Source: Actinomycetota bacterium (lineage in GTDB: Bacteria > Actinomycetota > Acidimicrobiia > Spongiisociales > UBA5794). From it: a stretch of 64,000 nt of DNA. The position numbers and the translations under genes were made by a program. Location of the stretch: NCBI GenBank assembly GCA_030123765.1, contig JASJXX010000003.1, positions 10,795 through 74,794 on the forward strand. Reading direction: 5' to 3'. Each line of letters begins with the position of its first letter. Position 1 is the stretch's first letter. Under the pieces are notes generated by a model. It was given only the letters and a program-made list of their open reading frames with translations, was not told the origin of the DNA and ran no database searches. Positions 38,951 to 49,871 of the stretch are shown one piece after another.

Positions 38951-39343
38951 GTGCCAACAGAGATCGATGACCTCGTGCAACGTCTGCAGGACATCTCCTC
39001 TCGCCTCGACGCGATGGAGGGGAGCAACCCGGAGAGGCCCGGGCTCCTCGCCGAACGTGCCCGGCTTCGGAGCTGGGCACGCACCCTGGGAGACGCCATG
39101 AGGCACCCTCTCTCCATCGCAACAGAGATCGAAATGCTCGAAAAACGTCTCGACGAGATCGAGTCCACGTTCATCGGCAAGGGCAACGCGGAGAAGTACC
39201 ACAAGAGAGGGTTCGCAGATCCCGGAGCGTACAGCGCGACAATCAACCGCAAGCTGCTCGAGAACCACACCGACGAGATCCAACGAATACGCGAGCGGCT
39301 CGTCACACTCAGAGAGCATGCTTCTGGTGGGGACGAAGGGTGA
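38951..39343 (+). CDS. Hypothetical coiled-coil protein
   Basis: Helical, charged sequence; TAGCCT-6 nt-GTG leaderless start; GTGA overlap with the next gene. Confidence 0.7.
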   Translation: MPTEIDDLVQRLQDISSRLDAMEGSNPERPGLLAERARLRSWARTLGDAMRHPLSIATEIEMLEKRLDEIESTFIGKGNAEKYHKRGFADPGAYSATINRKLLENHTDEIQRIRERLVTLREHASGGDEG

Positions 39344-40542
39344 CCAAGCGGACACCTCGCATCCACACCCGCGAGGGCCACCCCGACTTCGTCGACCTCG
39401 ACTGGACGAGTCCGATCCGAGAATGGACGTCTGACCGACTCGTCGAGATGCCAGAAGGCCTTCATCGACATGAGATCGTATTCGTCGCCTACGACGAGGG
39501 CGTCTACGCCATCAAGGAGATCCTTCCCCGCCTCGCACGACACGAGTACACCATGCTTCGCACCATGGAGGGGCGCACACGCCACACCGCGACCGCGGTG
39601 GGACACGTCGAGCGCCCCTGGGTCGACGACGACCTCGATTGGGCGGGCGCGGTCATCACGAAGTACGTCAGTCACGCATTCCCCTACCGGCACCTCATCA
39701 GCGGCATCGGATTCGGGGAGCGGCGTGACGCTCTCCTTGATGCCTTCGCTGGCCTGCTCGTCGAGCTCCACCTCAACGGGTTCTTCTGGGGAGACTGCTC
39801 GCTCTCCAACGTACTGTATCGATGGGACGCATCCTCGATCGAAGCCATCATGATCGATGCCGAGACCTCCGAGATCTACGATCGTATCTCCGGCGGGCAG
39901 CGCTGGAATGATCTCGAGATCATGCAGCTCAACGTGGCAGGTGAGATGGGTGACATCGCCGCAGAGCAGGGTGCGAGCCTGGACGAAGCAGACCTCGCCC
40001 TCGGCGAGGAGATCGCTGGCAGATACCGGAGCCTGTGGAAGGAGTTGACGACCTCCCTCGTGGTCACCGCCGGAGACCACTTCCGAATCAGGCAGCGAAT
40101 CGCCCGCTTGCATGGACTCGGATTCGCTGTTGACGACATCGACCTGATACCGGTCGACGGCGGCACGAACGTCAAGATCCGCGTCAAGGTTGGAGGGCGC
40201 CAGTATCACTCGGAACGACTGCGCGAGATCACAGGCATGGACATCTCGGAGAATCAGGCACGCGTCATCCTCTCGGACCTCGCATACCACGATCCGAAGT
40301 TCGGCGGTACCACAGCTACAGGAAAGAATGTTGCTGCGATGAAGTGGCGATCCACTGTCTTCGAGCCGCTGGTTGCCCAGATCGTCGATCTCCTCCCTGG
40401 ACGTGACCCCTATCAGGCGTACTGTGACTACCTCGGATTTCGGCTCGCCATGGCGATCGATCGAGACGCGGACATCCGTAACGACGAGGCCTTCGCCGCG
40501 TGGCGAGATGCGAATTTCCCCGGCCTCAGAGAAGTCGTTTAA
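39340..40542 (+). CDS. DUF4032-domain kinase-like protein
   Basis: GLHRHEIVFV, YAIKE, LLVELHLNGFFWGDCSLSN, IDAETSE, RIARLHGLGF. Confidence 0.8.
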   Translation: MTKRTPRIHTREGHPDFVDLDWTSPIREWTSDRLVEMPEGLHRHEIVFVAYDEGVYAIKEILPRLARHEYTMLRTMEGRTRHTATAVGHVERPWVDDDLDWAGAVITKYVSHAFPYRHLISGIGFGERRDALLDAFAGLLVELHLNGFFWGDCSLSNVLYRWDASSIEAIMIDAETSEIYDRISGGQRWNDLEIMQLNVAGEMGDIAAEQGASLDEADLALGEEIAGRYRSLWKELTTSLVVTAGDHFRIRQRIARLHGLGFAVDDIDLIPVDGGTNVKIRVKVGGRQYHSERLREITGMDISENQARVILSDLAYHDPKFGGTTATGKNVAAMKWRSTVFEPLVAQIVDLLPGRDPYQAYCDYLGFRLAMAIDRDADIRNDEAFAAWRDANFPGLREVV

Positions 40543-40608
40543 CTCACTTGAGGACTCCGCTCCATTCCACGCTCTTCCATGCCACGACACGTACGGCCAC
40601 TTCCCCCT

Positions 40609-41154
40609 ATGCTGGACGAGATGCACGTACTCGTTGCTACTGCTGGAGCCCTCTCACCAGCTCCGGTCGTCGAATTCGCCAGGCACCTCATCGGGGGCAC
40701 TGGCTCTGTCACCGTCACCACCGTCGTTGAAGTCCCGCGTTCTTTCCTCGAAGGTCTCGAAGCTGACGACTGGCACCCTCTTCATGACCGGACGCCCCCC
40801 AAGTCCGTTGACGGCCTCGTCGAGAAGTATCTCCAGGAACGAGCTCTCCGCATCACCGACCCCCTCCGCCAGGCACTTGAGGCGGCAAGAATCCCTTGTG
40901 AGGTTCGTGTGCTCGAGGGCGCAGATCCCGCGAAAGCGATCTCGAAGGCTGCCGATGAATTCGGCGCTGACGTCGTGATCCTGGGCGCGACGAGGCAGAT
41001 CTTCGACCGCGATGCGTGGGAGAGCGTCTCGGCGCGTGTCATGATCGAGTCGGGACGACCTGTGCTCGTCGTTCCGCAAACCCGCAAAACAGTCGACGAT
41101 GATGCTGACCAGATGCCCTTTCAATCAACCGACGAGTCAACAAGGTCGGCGTAG
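40609..41154 (+). CDS. Universal stress protein
   Basis: HVLVATAG, GADPAKAI...ADVVILGA...SVSARV...RPVLVVP. Confidence 0.85.
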   Translation: MLDEMHVLVATAGALSPAPVVEFARHLIGGTGSVTVTTVVEVPRSFLEGLEADDWHPLHDRTPPKSVDGLVEKYLQERALRITDPLRQALEAARIPCEVRVLEGADPAKAISKAADEFGADVVILGATRQIFDRDAWESVSARVMIESGRPVLVVPQTRKTVDDDADQMPFQSTDESTRSA

Positions 41155-41256
41155 GCATACAACCGTTCGATCTCACACCGAGAGGGAGCCGCGGCGCAAC
41201 CTATCTCTCTCCACCCCCAGCAGGTCCGTCGCCAAGTCGGGCAATAGAGGGAGAAC

Positions 41257-43170
41257 CTAGCGGCCAGCCCGTCGTGGGCCTGCTGACGCATCCTTGAATT
41301 GCGTCTCGAAAAGACGGGCGTACAGCCCGCCCTGCGAGAGCAGGCTCTCGTGCGTTCCTACCTCGAGAACCTGGCCATCGTCGATGACGACGATCTTGTC
41401 CGCTTTGAGCACGGTCGACAAGCGGTGAGCGATGATGAGTGACGTGCGGCTCTCCATGATTCGTTCCAGGGCACTCTGAACCAGCGCCTCAGATCTCGCG
41501 TCCAGGTGTGAAGTCGCCTCATCGAGGATCAGGATCGATGGGTTCTTGAGAACCACCCTGGCAATCGCGATACGTTGTTTCTCCCCCCCAGAGAGGCGAT
41601 AGCCTCGTTCACCGACCCGTGTCCGCATCCCCTCGGGAAGCCCGTCTATGAAGTCGATGATATTGGCTACTTCGGCAGCAGATCGCAGCTCCTCCTCTGT
41701 GGCGTGCGGCTTTGCATATCGCAAGTTCGCCTCGATCGTGTCGTGGAAGAGATACGTCTCCTGTGTTACCACACCCACGATGTGCGCGAGGTCCGACGAT
41801 GCAATCTGGCGTACATCGATCCCGTCTATCAGAACGCGGCCGCGTGTCACGTCATACAGCCTCGGGACCAGATACGTAGATGTGGTCTTTCCCGCTCCCG
41901 ACGGACCGACCAGAGCGACCATCTCGCCGGGGGCGACGGTGAACGACACACCTCGCAGTGCCCAATCGTCCGTTCGTTGCCGAAGCGCACTGTCGTCTAC
42001 CTGCCCGGTGTCTCTCCAGCCGAAGCGGCGGACAGATTCCAGCCCTGTGGGCGTATCAGACTCATAGTTGAACCACACATCGTCGAACTCGATGTGCCCC
42101 TTCGCCTCTCCGATCTTCACCGGGTTCACAGCCTCCTGTACGTCCACTGGCATGTCCAACAGCTCGAATACTCGCTCGAAGGAGACCATGGAGGTGGTGA
42201 ACTCGACTCGCGCGTTCGCAAGTGACGACAATGGACCGTACAGAAAGGCGAGGTAGGCGCTCAACGCGACGATGGTCCCGATCGAGAGAGCGCCCCTGAT
42301 CACGAAAACGGCACCTAACCAGAACGTCGCTGCGGTGCCGAGCGCTGACACGAGTCCGAGTGCCATGAAGAACCAGCGCCCGACCGTGGCCTGACGGACA
42401 CCGAGGTCGCGAACCTGGACGGCGTGCTCAGCGAACCTGTCGTGCTCAAAGTCAGAGCGGCCGAAGAGCTTCACGAGCAGGGCGCCCGAGACCGAGAGCG
42501 TCTCCTGCATCACCGAGTTCATCTCGGCGTTCGCTGCCATCTGCTCTCGACGTATCACGCGGAGCCTCTTGCCGACCTGACGCGATGCAATGATGAAGAG
42601 GGGGAGGATCGATACAGCGAGCAGAGTAAGGCGCCACTCGAGCCGGATCATGATGAAGAGCGTTGCTGCGACGGTGACGGTGTTGGCGACCAGCGACACG
42701 AACGTGGAGGTGACAGCCTGCTGAGCGCCGATCACGTCAGAGTTGAGACGAGACATGAGTTCGCCCGTCTTCGTGTTCGTGAAGAAGCCGAGTGACATCT
42801 GTTGGAGGTGATCGAACAACTCCCGCCTGAGGTCATAGATGATCCCCTCCCCCATCTTCGCCGTCGCCCTGCGCTGAACGACTCCAACGACACCGTTGAC
42901 GAGTGGAACGACCACCATGCCGAAGCCGAGGAGAGTGACGAAACCCATATCCGCGTCCGGGATGGCCGTGTCGATGAGCGAGCGCATCAGGAGCGGCGGC
43001 ACAAGGGTGAGGAGCGAGATGACGACGATGGTGGCGAACACGACCACGACGTGGCTCTTATACGGCCTCGCGTAGGACAGGACGCGCTTCAGGAGTGTCC
43101 GATCGATCTCAGGCGGAGTCTGCTCATCGTCGTGGCGCATGAACGCGCCCCAGGAGCTGTCGTGCATCAT
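41257..43170 (-). CDS. ABC exporter, fused permease/ATPase
   Basis: TM domain, GPSGAGKT, LSGGEKQR, ILDEATS, IAHRLST. Confidence 0.93.
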   Translation of the reverse strand: MMHDSSWGAFMRHDDEQTPPEIDRTLLKRVLSYARPYKSHVVVVFATIVVISLLTLVPPLLMRSLIDTAIPDADMGFVTLLGFGMVVVPLVNGVVGVVQRRATAKMGEGIIYDLRRELFDHLQQMSLGFFTNTKTGELMSRLNSDVIGAQQAVTSTFVSLVANTVTVAATLFIMIRLEWRLTLLAVSILPLFIIASRQVGKRLRVIRREQMAANAEMNSVMQETLSVSGALLVKLFGRSDFEHDRFAEHAVQVRDLGVRQATVGRWFFMALGLVSALGTAATFWLGAVFVIRGALSIGTIVALSAYLAFLYGPLSSLANARVEFTTSMVSFERVFELLDMPVDVQEAVNPVKIGEAKGHIEFDDVWFNYESDTPTGLESVRRFGWRDTGQVDDSALRQRTDDWALRGVSFTVAPGEMVALVGPSGAGKTTSTYLVPRLYDVTRGRVLIDGIDVRQIASSDLAHIVGVVTQETYLFHDTIEANLRYAKPHATEEELRSAAEVANIIDFIDGLPEGMRTRVGERGYRLSGGEKQRIAIARVVLKNPSILILDEATSHLDARSEALVQSALERIMESRTSLIIAHRLSTVLKADKIVVIDDGQVLEVGTHESLLSQGGLYARLFETQFKDASAGPRRAGR

Positions 43171-43844
43171 GGGAGTAGGCCGGCGAGAGTGATCGCCGAG
43201 TCCGCGACGTCGGCGCAGAGCTCCTCAGAGATGTCCGACCGGCAGAACAACTCGTACCTGTGTCCCGCTTCGGTCCAGCCGAGGCTGATGCCATCGGGGA
43301 CGATGATCGGAACGACCTGCGACCTCGACTGAACAAGATCTGTCGCGACCCTCCCGACGCGGAGCACAGCGAGGCGTGCCCTCTCCGACTGATACGGCTC
43401 CGCGGTCCAGAAGCCGAAAGCCGCGCTGATGTCGGGGTCCAGAGTCCCCGTGGAGAGGTCGAAGACGAGCTGACTCGTCACCCACTCCACCGTCTCAGGC
43501 ACGAGATCGGGGAACTTGATCGCGGGCAGCGCCTGAGCGATCTCCGCTCTTGAAGCCTGCACGAATCTGCTGCTGAGCTGGCGCTCCCACACGCCACGGA
43601 TGACCTCGTCCGATGTCCCGACGACCTCGCCGGGGATGCCGTCATTGAACCACTGCACTTCGACAGCTCGAACGAGTCCTTCGTCTCCTCTTCCGGCGAG
43701 CACCGCAACGATGGCCGTCGTCGTCGTAGCGTCACCCTGCACATAGGCACGTGTACGGTCCCCCACCCCGTCAAGGAGGCCGGCTTCGCCACAGCTGGCA
43801 AGCATCGCCGCGAGCGCCAGGATGAGGATCACAGATCGTTTCAC
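43167..43844 (-). CDS. Hypothetical lipoprotein
   Basis: KRSVILILALAAMLASC lipobox; ATGA overlap with the ABC gene. Confidence 0.7.
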   Translation of the reverse strand: MKRSVILILALAAMLASCGEAGLLDGVGDRTRAYVQGDATTTTAIVAVLAGRGDEGLVRAVEVQWFNDGIPGEVVGTSDEVIRGVWERQLSSRFVQASRAEIAQALPAIKFPDLVPETVEWVTSQLVFDLSTGTLDPDISAAFGFWTAEPYQSERARLAVLRVGRVATDLVQSRSQVVPIIVPDGISLGWTEAGHRYELFCRSDISEELCADVADSAITLAGLLP

Positions 43845-43901
43845 GCTCCCAAGGATGGCACGGATTCTCGACAACCGACACCACCCCTAGCCTCAGCTCC
43901 T

Positions 43902-44663
43902 ATGGCCGACTCCCCCATGAACCTCATTTCAGGCCACCTCACCGGTGACGCGCCACTCGACACAGCCGTGTCACGAGCGATTCTCGAGCAGGTCTCAAGC
44001 GGGACGCTTCCCGAGACGCTCCAGGTCGGGCTGCCGCACAAGGTAGTCGCATTCTCCAGACGCGATGCGTTGACCGCCGGATTCCACGAGGCGGTCGCGA
44101 TAGCCGTCGACCTCGGCTTCGAAGCCACGATCCGTAACGCAGGGGGGAGGGCTGTCGTCTTCCACCCCGGAACGGTGCGGTTCCAGTGGACCGTCCCTGC
44201 CAACGATCCCATTCAGGAGATGCATACACGTTTCGCCACGATCGCCGACCACGTCGTCGTGGCACTGGAATCATTCGGGGTGGTCGCGTCCGTTGGCCGA
44301 CTTGAGGGGGAGTACTGCCCCGGCGAGTACAGCGTGCACGTTCTCCAGTCGCGCAAGGTCATGGGCACAGGACAACGCCTGGCACGTCGCGCCGCTCAGG
44401 TCGGAGGGATGATCGTTGTGAAGGGCCGCGACACGATCAACGCCGTCCTCGAACCTGTGTACGGCGCTCTCGACCTTCATATGGATCCCGCCGTGACCGG
44501 CTCCATCGCCGACATTGCCGACATCGACCCTTCCGAAGTTGCGTCGCGCTTCGCCGAGCAGGTTACCGGTGATCGCGGATCGGTAACGACCGATCTCGAT
44601 GCCCCCACGCTGGCGATCGCATGGCAGCATCGATCTGAACATGACCCGTCAGCATTTGCTTGA
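43902..44663 (+). CDS. Lipoate-protein ligase family protein (LipL-like)
   Basis: RNAGGRAV, GEYCPGEYS, RKVMGTGQR. Confidence 0.8.
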   Translation: MADSPMNLISGHLTGDAPLDTAVSRAILEQVSSGTLPETLQVGLPHKVVAFSRRDALTAGFHEAVAIAVDLGFEATIRNAGGRAVVFHPGTVRFQWTVPANDPIQEMHTRFATIADHVVVALESFGVVASVGRLEGEYCPGEYSVHVLQSRKVMGTGQRLARRAAQVGGMIVVKGRDTINAVLEPVYGALDLHMDPAVTGSIADIADIDPSEVASRFAEQVTGDRGSVTTDLDAPTLAIAWQHRSEHDPSAFA

Positions 44664-44690
44664 CCAGCCGAAACCATCAAGACTGATCCG

Positions 44691-45830
44691 ATGCGCATAC
44701 TCATCGTCAACGGCCCGAATCTGCACCTGCTCGGCACGCGCGAGCCGGCGATATACGGGACACTCTCCTTAGCTGATCTCGAGAGCCATTGGCGGGAGCG
44801 AGGCACGCTGCTCGATATCGCGATCGAGACGTTCCAGTCGAACCACGAAGGCGCGATCATTGATGTCATCGGCGCGGCCGCTAACCGCTTCGACGCCTTG
44901 ATCCTCAACGCGGGTGCCCTCACCCATTACTCGTATGCCATCCGAGACGCCGTCGCCACCCTTGGAGTTCCGAGCGTTGAAGTGCACATCTCCAACATTT
45001 ATGAACGAGAGACGTGGCGACGTCACTCAGTCCTCTCGGAAGTGTGCCAGCTCACGATCGTCGGTCGTGGAACCGATGGCTACCTCCACGCGTTACACCA
45101 CCTCCACGCAAGTATCACGTCACCACCGCTCGTCGCCTCGTACGGAGCGCAGGATCACTCGACACTTGACCTGCGCACTCCTCCGGGGCCCGGCCCGCAC
45201 CCCGTGGCCCTACTCATCCACGGCGGTTTCTGGCGTGCAATCTGGAAACGAGACCTCATGGATCCGATGGCCATCGACCTCATCGGGCGAGGCTGGGCGA
45301 CCGCGAACGTTGAGTACGCTCGGGGCGCTGGCTCGTACGCGGAAGCGGTCGGCGACATCGAGTCTGCACTCCGATGGATCCAGGCGAACGCGCACGCCCA
45401 CGGACTCGACCAGGACCGTGTCGTCGCGATCGGACACTCGGCGGGGGGGTATCTGGCACTCCGCCTCGCACACGCAGGTTCCGGGATCTCAGGTGCCCTC
45501 CCCCTCGCCGCGGTCTCGGACCTCGTCGCCATGTCACGGAAGCGCCCCGATGACGATCCCGTTGCGGTGTTCCTCGGGGTGACGCAACGCGACGCGCCCC
45601 GTCTCTGGGATCAGGCAAGGCTCGCGGGAGAACCGACCGTGCCACTCCACCTCCTCCACGGTCTGCAGGACGACACTGTCGATCCTGCGCAATCCGAGAC
45701 TTATGTGCGTCGCGTTCGCGCCGACGCATCGATCACGATGGTCGACGCGTGTGGACACATGGATCTCATCGATCCCCACGCGACTGCCTGGCGGTCCGTC
45801 ACCACAGCCCTTGAAGGCCTCAGCTCCTAG
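44691..45830 (+). CDS. aroQ: Type II 3-dehydroquinate dehydratase fused to an HSL-family alpha/beta hydrolase
   Basis: [38 protein letters not shown], then [23 protein letters not shown] in one uninterrupted frame. Confidence 0.88.
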   Translation: MRILIVNGPNLHLLGTREPAIYGTLSLADLESHWRERGTLLDIAIETFQSNHEGAIIDVIGAAANRFDALILNAGALTHYSYAIRDAVATLGVPSVEVHISNIYERETWRRHSVLSEVCQLTIVGRGTDGYLHALHHLHASITSPPLVASYGAQDHSTLDLRTPPGPGPHPVALLIHGGFWRAIWKRDLMDPMAIDLIGRGWATANVEYARGAGSYAEAVGDIESALRWIQANAHAHGLDQDRVVAIGHSAGGYLALRLAHAGSGISGALPLAAVSDLVAMSRKRPDDDPVAVFLGVTQRDAPRLWDQARLAGEPTVPLHLLHGLQDDTVDPAQSETYVRRVRADASITMVDACGHMDLIDPHATAWRSVTTALEGLSS

Positions 45831-47025
45831 CGACGAGGTCGGCGATCCTTGCCAACCCTTCTTCGAGATCCGCGTCGGAGAGGGCGAACGACAGGCGCGC
45901 GTAACCTGGCGCTCCGAACGCCTCACCGGGAACGATCGCCACGTTCACTTCGTCGAGGAGCAGCGTCGCGAGCTCCATCGTCGACGAGGCACTCCTCCCG
46001 CCGAGCGGTCGATCCAAGAGTCCCCTCAGATTCGGGAATGCGTAGAACGCTCCCTGAGGTTCAGCGCACGTCACTCCGTCGATCGCCCGAAGCATCTCCA
46101 CCATTCTTCGACGGCGGACGTCGAAGGCTGCTCGCATCATCTCGGTAGCTTCGAGGGAGCCGGTAACCGCTTCGAGACCGGCCGCCTGGGATACGTTGCT
46201 GACGTTCGACGACAGATGCGACTGGATGCGGGTGGCACCTTCGGCAACATGTTGCGGTGCGATCATCCAGCCGAGCCGCCATCCCGTCATCGCGTACGTC
46301 TTCGCCACACCGTTCACGACGACGCATCTGTCAGCCATCTCGGGAACCACGACCGGCATCGAGTGAAATTCAGCAGCTCCGTACACGAGATGTTCGTAGA
46401 TCTCATCGGTCATGACCCAGATCCCCCTGGAGGCTGCCCACTCACCGACGGCTCGGATCTGGTCCTCGGTATATACAGCACCTGTCGGGTTCGACGGACT
46501 CACGAAGATGAGCATCTTCGTCCGTTCCGTCACCACCTCGTCGAGCTGTTCGATGGTGACGGTGAAGCGGGAAGACTCGTCCGTCGGGATGATCACAGGA
46601 ACGCCGCCCGCAAGAGCGATGGCCTCCGGGTAGGTGACCCAGTACGGCGCAGGCAGGACGACTTCGTCGCCAGGGTCGAGCAGAACCTGGCAGGTCTGGT
46701 AAACCGCATGCTTGCCGCCGTTGGTTACCACAACCTGGGCAGTGTCAACGTCGTACCCGGAGTCACGCTTCGTCTTTGCGGCAATGGCTTCCCGCAGCAG
46801 CGGGAGACCCGCGGCGGGGGTGTAACGATGAAGTTTCGGATCCCGCGCTGCTTGCACGGCGGCTTCGACAATGGGTGAAGGCGTCGGAAAGTCGGGTTCT
46901 CCTGCACCGAATCCGATCACGGGACGCCCCTCGGCGCGAAGCTGATTCGCTCTCGCCGTTATCGCCAGGGTGGCAGATGGACTGACCGCGAGCGCCCGCT
47001 TCGAGATGGATCGGGTATTCGTCAT
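45820..47025 (-). CDS. aspC: Aspartate aminotransferase (class I PLP)
   Basis: [43 protein letters not shown]. Confidence 0.88.
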   Translation of the reverse strand: MTNTRSISKRALAVSPSATLAITARANQLRAEGRPVIGFGAGEPDFPTPSPIVEAAVQAARDPKLHRYTPAAGLPLLREAIAAKTKRDSGYDVDTAQVVVTNGGKHAVYQTCQVLLDPGDEVVLPAPYWVTYPEAIALAGGVPVIIPTDESSRFTVTIEQLDEVVTERTKMLIFVSPSNPTGAVYTEDQIRAVGEWAASRGIWVMTDEIYEHLVYGAAEFHSMPVVVPEMADRCVVVNGVAKTYAMTGWRLGWMIAPQHVAEGATRIQSHLSSNVSNVSQAAGLEAVTGSLEATEMMRAAFDVRRRRMVEMLRAIDGVTCAEPQGAFYAFPNLRGLLDRPLGGRSASSTMELATLLLDEVNVAIVPGEAFGAPGYARLSFALSDADLEEGLARIADLVARS

Positions 47026-47069
47026 CAGGGGTAGTCTCCGTAGCCGTCGTCAATGGGCAGACAATAGAC

Positions 47070-48185
47070 ATGACTGAGATACCCGAGATCACGATACCTT
47101 CGAGCCTTCTCCCTGCGGACGGGCGCTTCGGCTCCGGACCTGGCCGCGTGCAGACCACCTTCGTCGACGATCTCGCTGCCACAGGCACAAGCTACATGGG
47201 TACGAGCCATCGCAGGCCTGCGGTGAGAGATGTCGTTGCGGAGATCCAATCGGGACTCGTGGAGATGTACGACCTCCCCGACGGATACGAGATCGTCCTC
47301 GGAGTCGGTGGCGCAACCGCATTCTGGGATGCCGCGACCTTCGGATTGATCGCGCGCCGCTCCGCCCACTTCGTCTGCGGCGAGTTCTCCCGAAAGTTCG
47401 CCGATGCGGCGGCGAAGACGCCACACCTCGATGACCCCATTGTTGTGGCGGCGGAGTACGGAGGCGCTCCCGAACCAGAAGAGGTACCGGGCGTCGACAC
47501 CGCTTCCTTCATACACAATGAGACGTCTACGGGGGTGCTCGCACCCTTCGCCCGTCTCGGCAGCGCTCTCGTCGCGATCGACGGAACGTCAGCTGCGGGC
47601 GCTATCGCCTACGATGTCGAAGCCGCAGACGCTTACTACTTCTCACCGCAGAAGGCTCTCGGTTCTGAGGGCGGACTCTGGATCGTGATGCTCTCTCCTC
47701 TCGCTGTCGATCGAATCGAGTCGATCGCGGCTTCCGATCGCTGGATTCCGCCCTCCCTGTCACTCAAGACTGCCCTCGACAACGCCAGGCTGCACCAGAC
47801 CTACAACACTCCCGCCCTGACAACGCTCTACCTCCTTGCCCGACAGATCCGGTTCGTCAACACGATGGGCGGCATCGAGTGGGCGGACGGAACTACGCGC
47901 AGGTCCTCGGCTCACCTCTATCGGTGGGCGGAGTCGAGCACTTTCGCTCAACCGTTCGTCGTGAACGCCGCTCTGAGATCGCCGACAGTCGCAACGATCG
48001 ACTTTGTGTCGGGGACCCCGGCCGACCGCGTATCCAGTGTGCTGCGCTCCAACGGCATCGTCGATACCGAGCCCTACAGGAAACTAGGAAGGAACCAGTT
48101 GCGCATCGCTACGTTCCCGAACATCGATCTTGAGGATGTCGAAGCTCTCACGGCGAGCATCGACTACGTCGTCCAACGGCTGTGA
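47070..48185 (+). CDS. serC: Phosphoserine transaminase (actinobacterial type)
   Basis: DGRFGSGP, GTSHR, HNETSTG, FSPQK, QTYNTP, EPYRKLGRNQLR. Confidence 0.93.
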   Translation: MTEIPEITIPSSLLPADGRFGSGPGRVQTTFVDDLAATGTSYMGTSHRRPAVRDVVAEIQSGLVEMYDLPDGYEIVLGVGGATAFWDAATFGLIARRSAHFVCGEFSRKFADAAAKTPHLDDPIVVAAEYGGAPEPEEVPGVDTASFIHNETSTGVLAPFARLGSALVAIDGTSAAGAIAYDVEAADAYYFSPQKALGSEGGLWIVMLSPLAVDRIESIAASDRWIPPSLSLKTALDNARLHQTYNTPALTTLYLLARQIRFVNTMGGIEWADGTTRRSSAHLYRWAESSTFAQPFVVNAALRSPTVATIDFVSGTPADRVSSVLRSNGIVDTEPYRKLGRNQLRIATFPNIDLEDVEALTASIDYVVQRL

Positions 48186-48256
48186 TCCCGCGCGCTCCGC
48201 CGTCGACCCCCTGATCCTGACGAAGTGTCGCGACTCCGGACAGCTACGCTTCCTCC

Positions 48257-48754
48257 ATGCCGATCCTCATGCTCATGCGCCACGCAAAGTCTGACTGGGA
48301 TGCGGGAGCATCTGATGACCACAGTCGGCCCCTCGCCCCGCGGGGTATCCGCGCCGCGCAGCAGATGGGCGAGGCCGTCAGCGAACTCGGCATCGTCCCC
48401 GACCTCGTCGTGTCCTCAACCGCGAATCGTGCTCGGTCCACGGCAGAGGTTGCGAGGATCACAGGTGGCTGGAGCTGCAGGCTCGTGCTCGACGATGCGC
48501 TCTACGGCGGGTCTGTGGCTGAGACGATCGCGTGCGCGGTCCACCACTCCGGCGATCGTGAACGGATCATGCTCGTGGGACACCAACCGACCTGGTCGAT
48601 GACGGTGGAATTCATCACCGGAGAGCACGTCGCCATGCGAACAGCGGCCATCGCCGACATCGAACTCCAGATCGATGACTGGAGCCAGATCGCACGCGAG
48701 TCCGGAACGCTGGTTGCGCTCCTCCAACCACGTCGCATCGTGGACCAGCCGTAG
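48257..48754 (+). CDS. sixA: SixA-like histidine phosphatase
   Basis: RHAKSDW, RPLAPRG, LVGHQP. Confidence 0.88.
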   Translation: MPILMLMRHAKSDWDAGASDDHSRPLAPRGIRAAQQMGEAVSELGIVPDLVVSSTANRARSTAEVARITGGWSCRLVLDDALYGGSVAETIACAVHHSGDRERIMLVGHQPTWSMTVEFITGEHVAMRTAAIADIELQIDDWSQIARESGTLVALLQPRRIVDQP

Positions 48755-48807
48755 CCCACGGTGCACAGACCTGCTGGAATCGATCCTGCACCGATCGAAA
48801 GGCTCCC

Positions 48808-49839
48808 ATGATCGACCTCCGTAGCGACACCGTCACCCGGCCAAGCCAGGCAATGCGGAAAGCCATTGCTGAAGCTGCCGTCGGCGACGATGTCTACCAC
48901 GACGATCCGACGGTGAACGAGCTCGAACGAACGGTCGCCGACCTGCTCGGTAAGGAAGACGCCGTATTCGTTGCGACGGGCACCATGTCGAACCAGATCG
49001 CGCTGCGCGTCCACACCGAACCTGGTGACACCGTCATCGTGCACGCTGCCGCCCACATCCGACGCCACGAGCTCGGTGGTGCAGCGCACAACTCCGGCGT
49101 GACTCTGGAGCCGATCGACGGGCCATACGGAGCGTTCACTGCAGAGCAACTGACCGAAGCGATCCCAGAACCTCATCCTGCCCTTCCGAGCCACCTCTTC
49201 GACCCGGTGACCCTCGTCTGCCTCGAGAACACCCACAACGACGCCGGTGGCACTATCTGGGACATCGGGGAGATGCAAAGAGTGCTCGACGCCGCGTCCT
49301 CCCTGGGACTCAAAAAGCATCTCGACGGCGCCCGCCTGTGGAATGCTACGGCAGCGACCGGCATCGCTCCGGACGTGTACGCGTCGGGATTCGACACCGT
49401 GAACGTCTGTTTCTCGAAGGGTCTTGGTGCTCCCGTCGGTTCTGCGCTCGCCGGATCGAGAGAAGACATTGCGAGGGCACGAAGGTTCAAGCAGATCTTC
49501 GGCGGCGGATTCCGCCAGGCGGGCCTTCTCGCCGCGGGGGCACTGTATGGACTCGAACACCACTTCGAGAGACTCGCTCAGGACCACGCCAACGCCTATC
49601 AGTTCGCGGTAGCGATCGCCGACTCCCGGGGAGTGACCGTCGATCTCGATTCGGTACAGACAAACATCGTCTACTTCGCTACCCCTCACGCGGGGGCTCT
49701 CGTCGACGCGTGCCACGAAGCCGGTGTCGCGATGCTCGCGCTCGGTCCGACGACCGTCAGAGCAGTCTTCCACCTCGACGTGTCAGCCGGGGAGGCCCGG
49801 AGAGCAGCAGAGCATGTGCAGAGGTTCGCGTCCGCCTGA
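48808..49839 (+). CDS. ltaE: Low-specificity L-threonine aldolase
   Basis: [40 protein letters not shown]. Confidence 0.92.
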   Translation: MIDLRSDTVTRPSQAMRKAIAEAAVGDDVYHDDPTVNELERTVADLLGKEDAVFVATGTMSNQIALRVHTEPGDTVIVHAAAHIRRHELGGAAHNSGVTLEPIDGPYGAFTAEQLTEAIPEPHPALPSHLFDPVTLVCLENTHNDAGGTIWDIGEMQRVLDAASSLGLKKHLDGARLWNATAATGIAPDVYASGFDTVNVCFSKGLGAPVGSALAGSREDIARARRFKQIFGGGFRQAGLLAAGALYGLEHHFERLAQDHANAYQFAVAIADSRGVTVDLDSVQTNIVYFATPHAGALVDACHEAGVAMLALGPTTVRAVFHLDVSAGEARRAAEHVQRFASA

Positions 49840-49871
49840 ACTCTCCCCTCCCGGCGCCTCTGGTACCTGTG

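Noticed and set aside
38818-40626. 602-aa antisense ORF and similar long shadow ORFs (e.g. 24491-25675, 26779-27960, 45703-46878, 48502-49773, 51561-52817)
   Set aside because: They lie opposite well-supported genes, have no motifs, and are expected in high-GC DNA.
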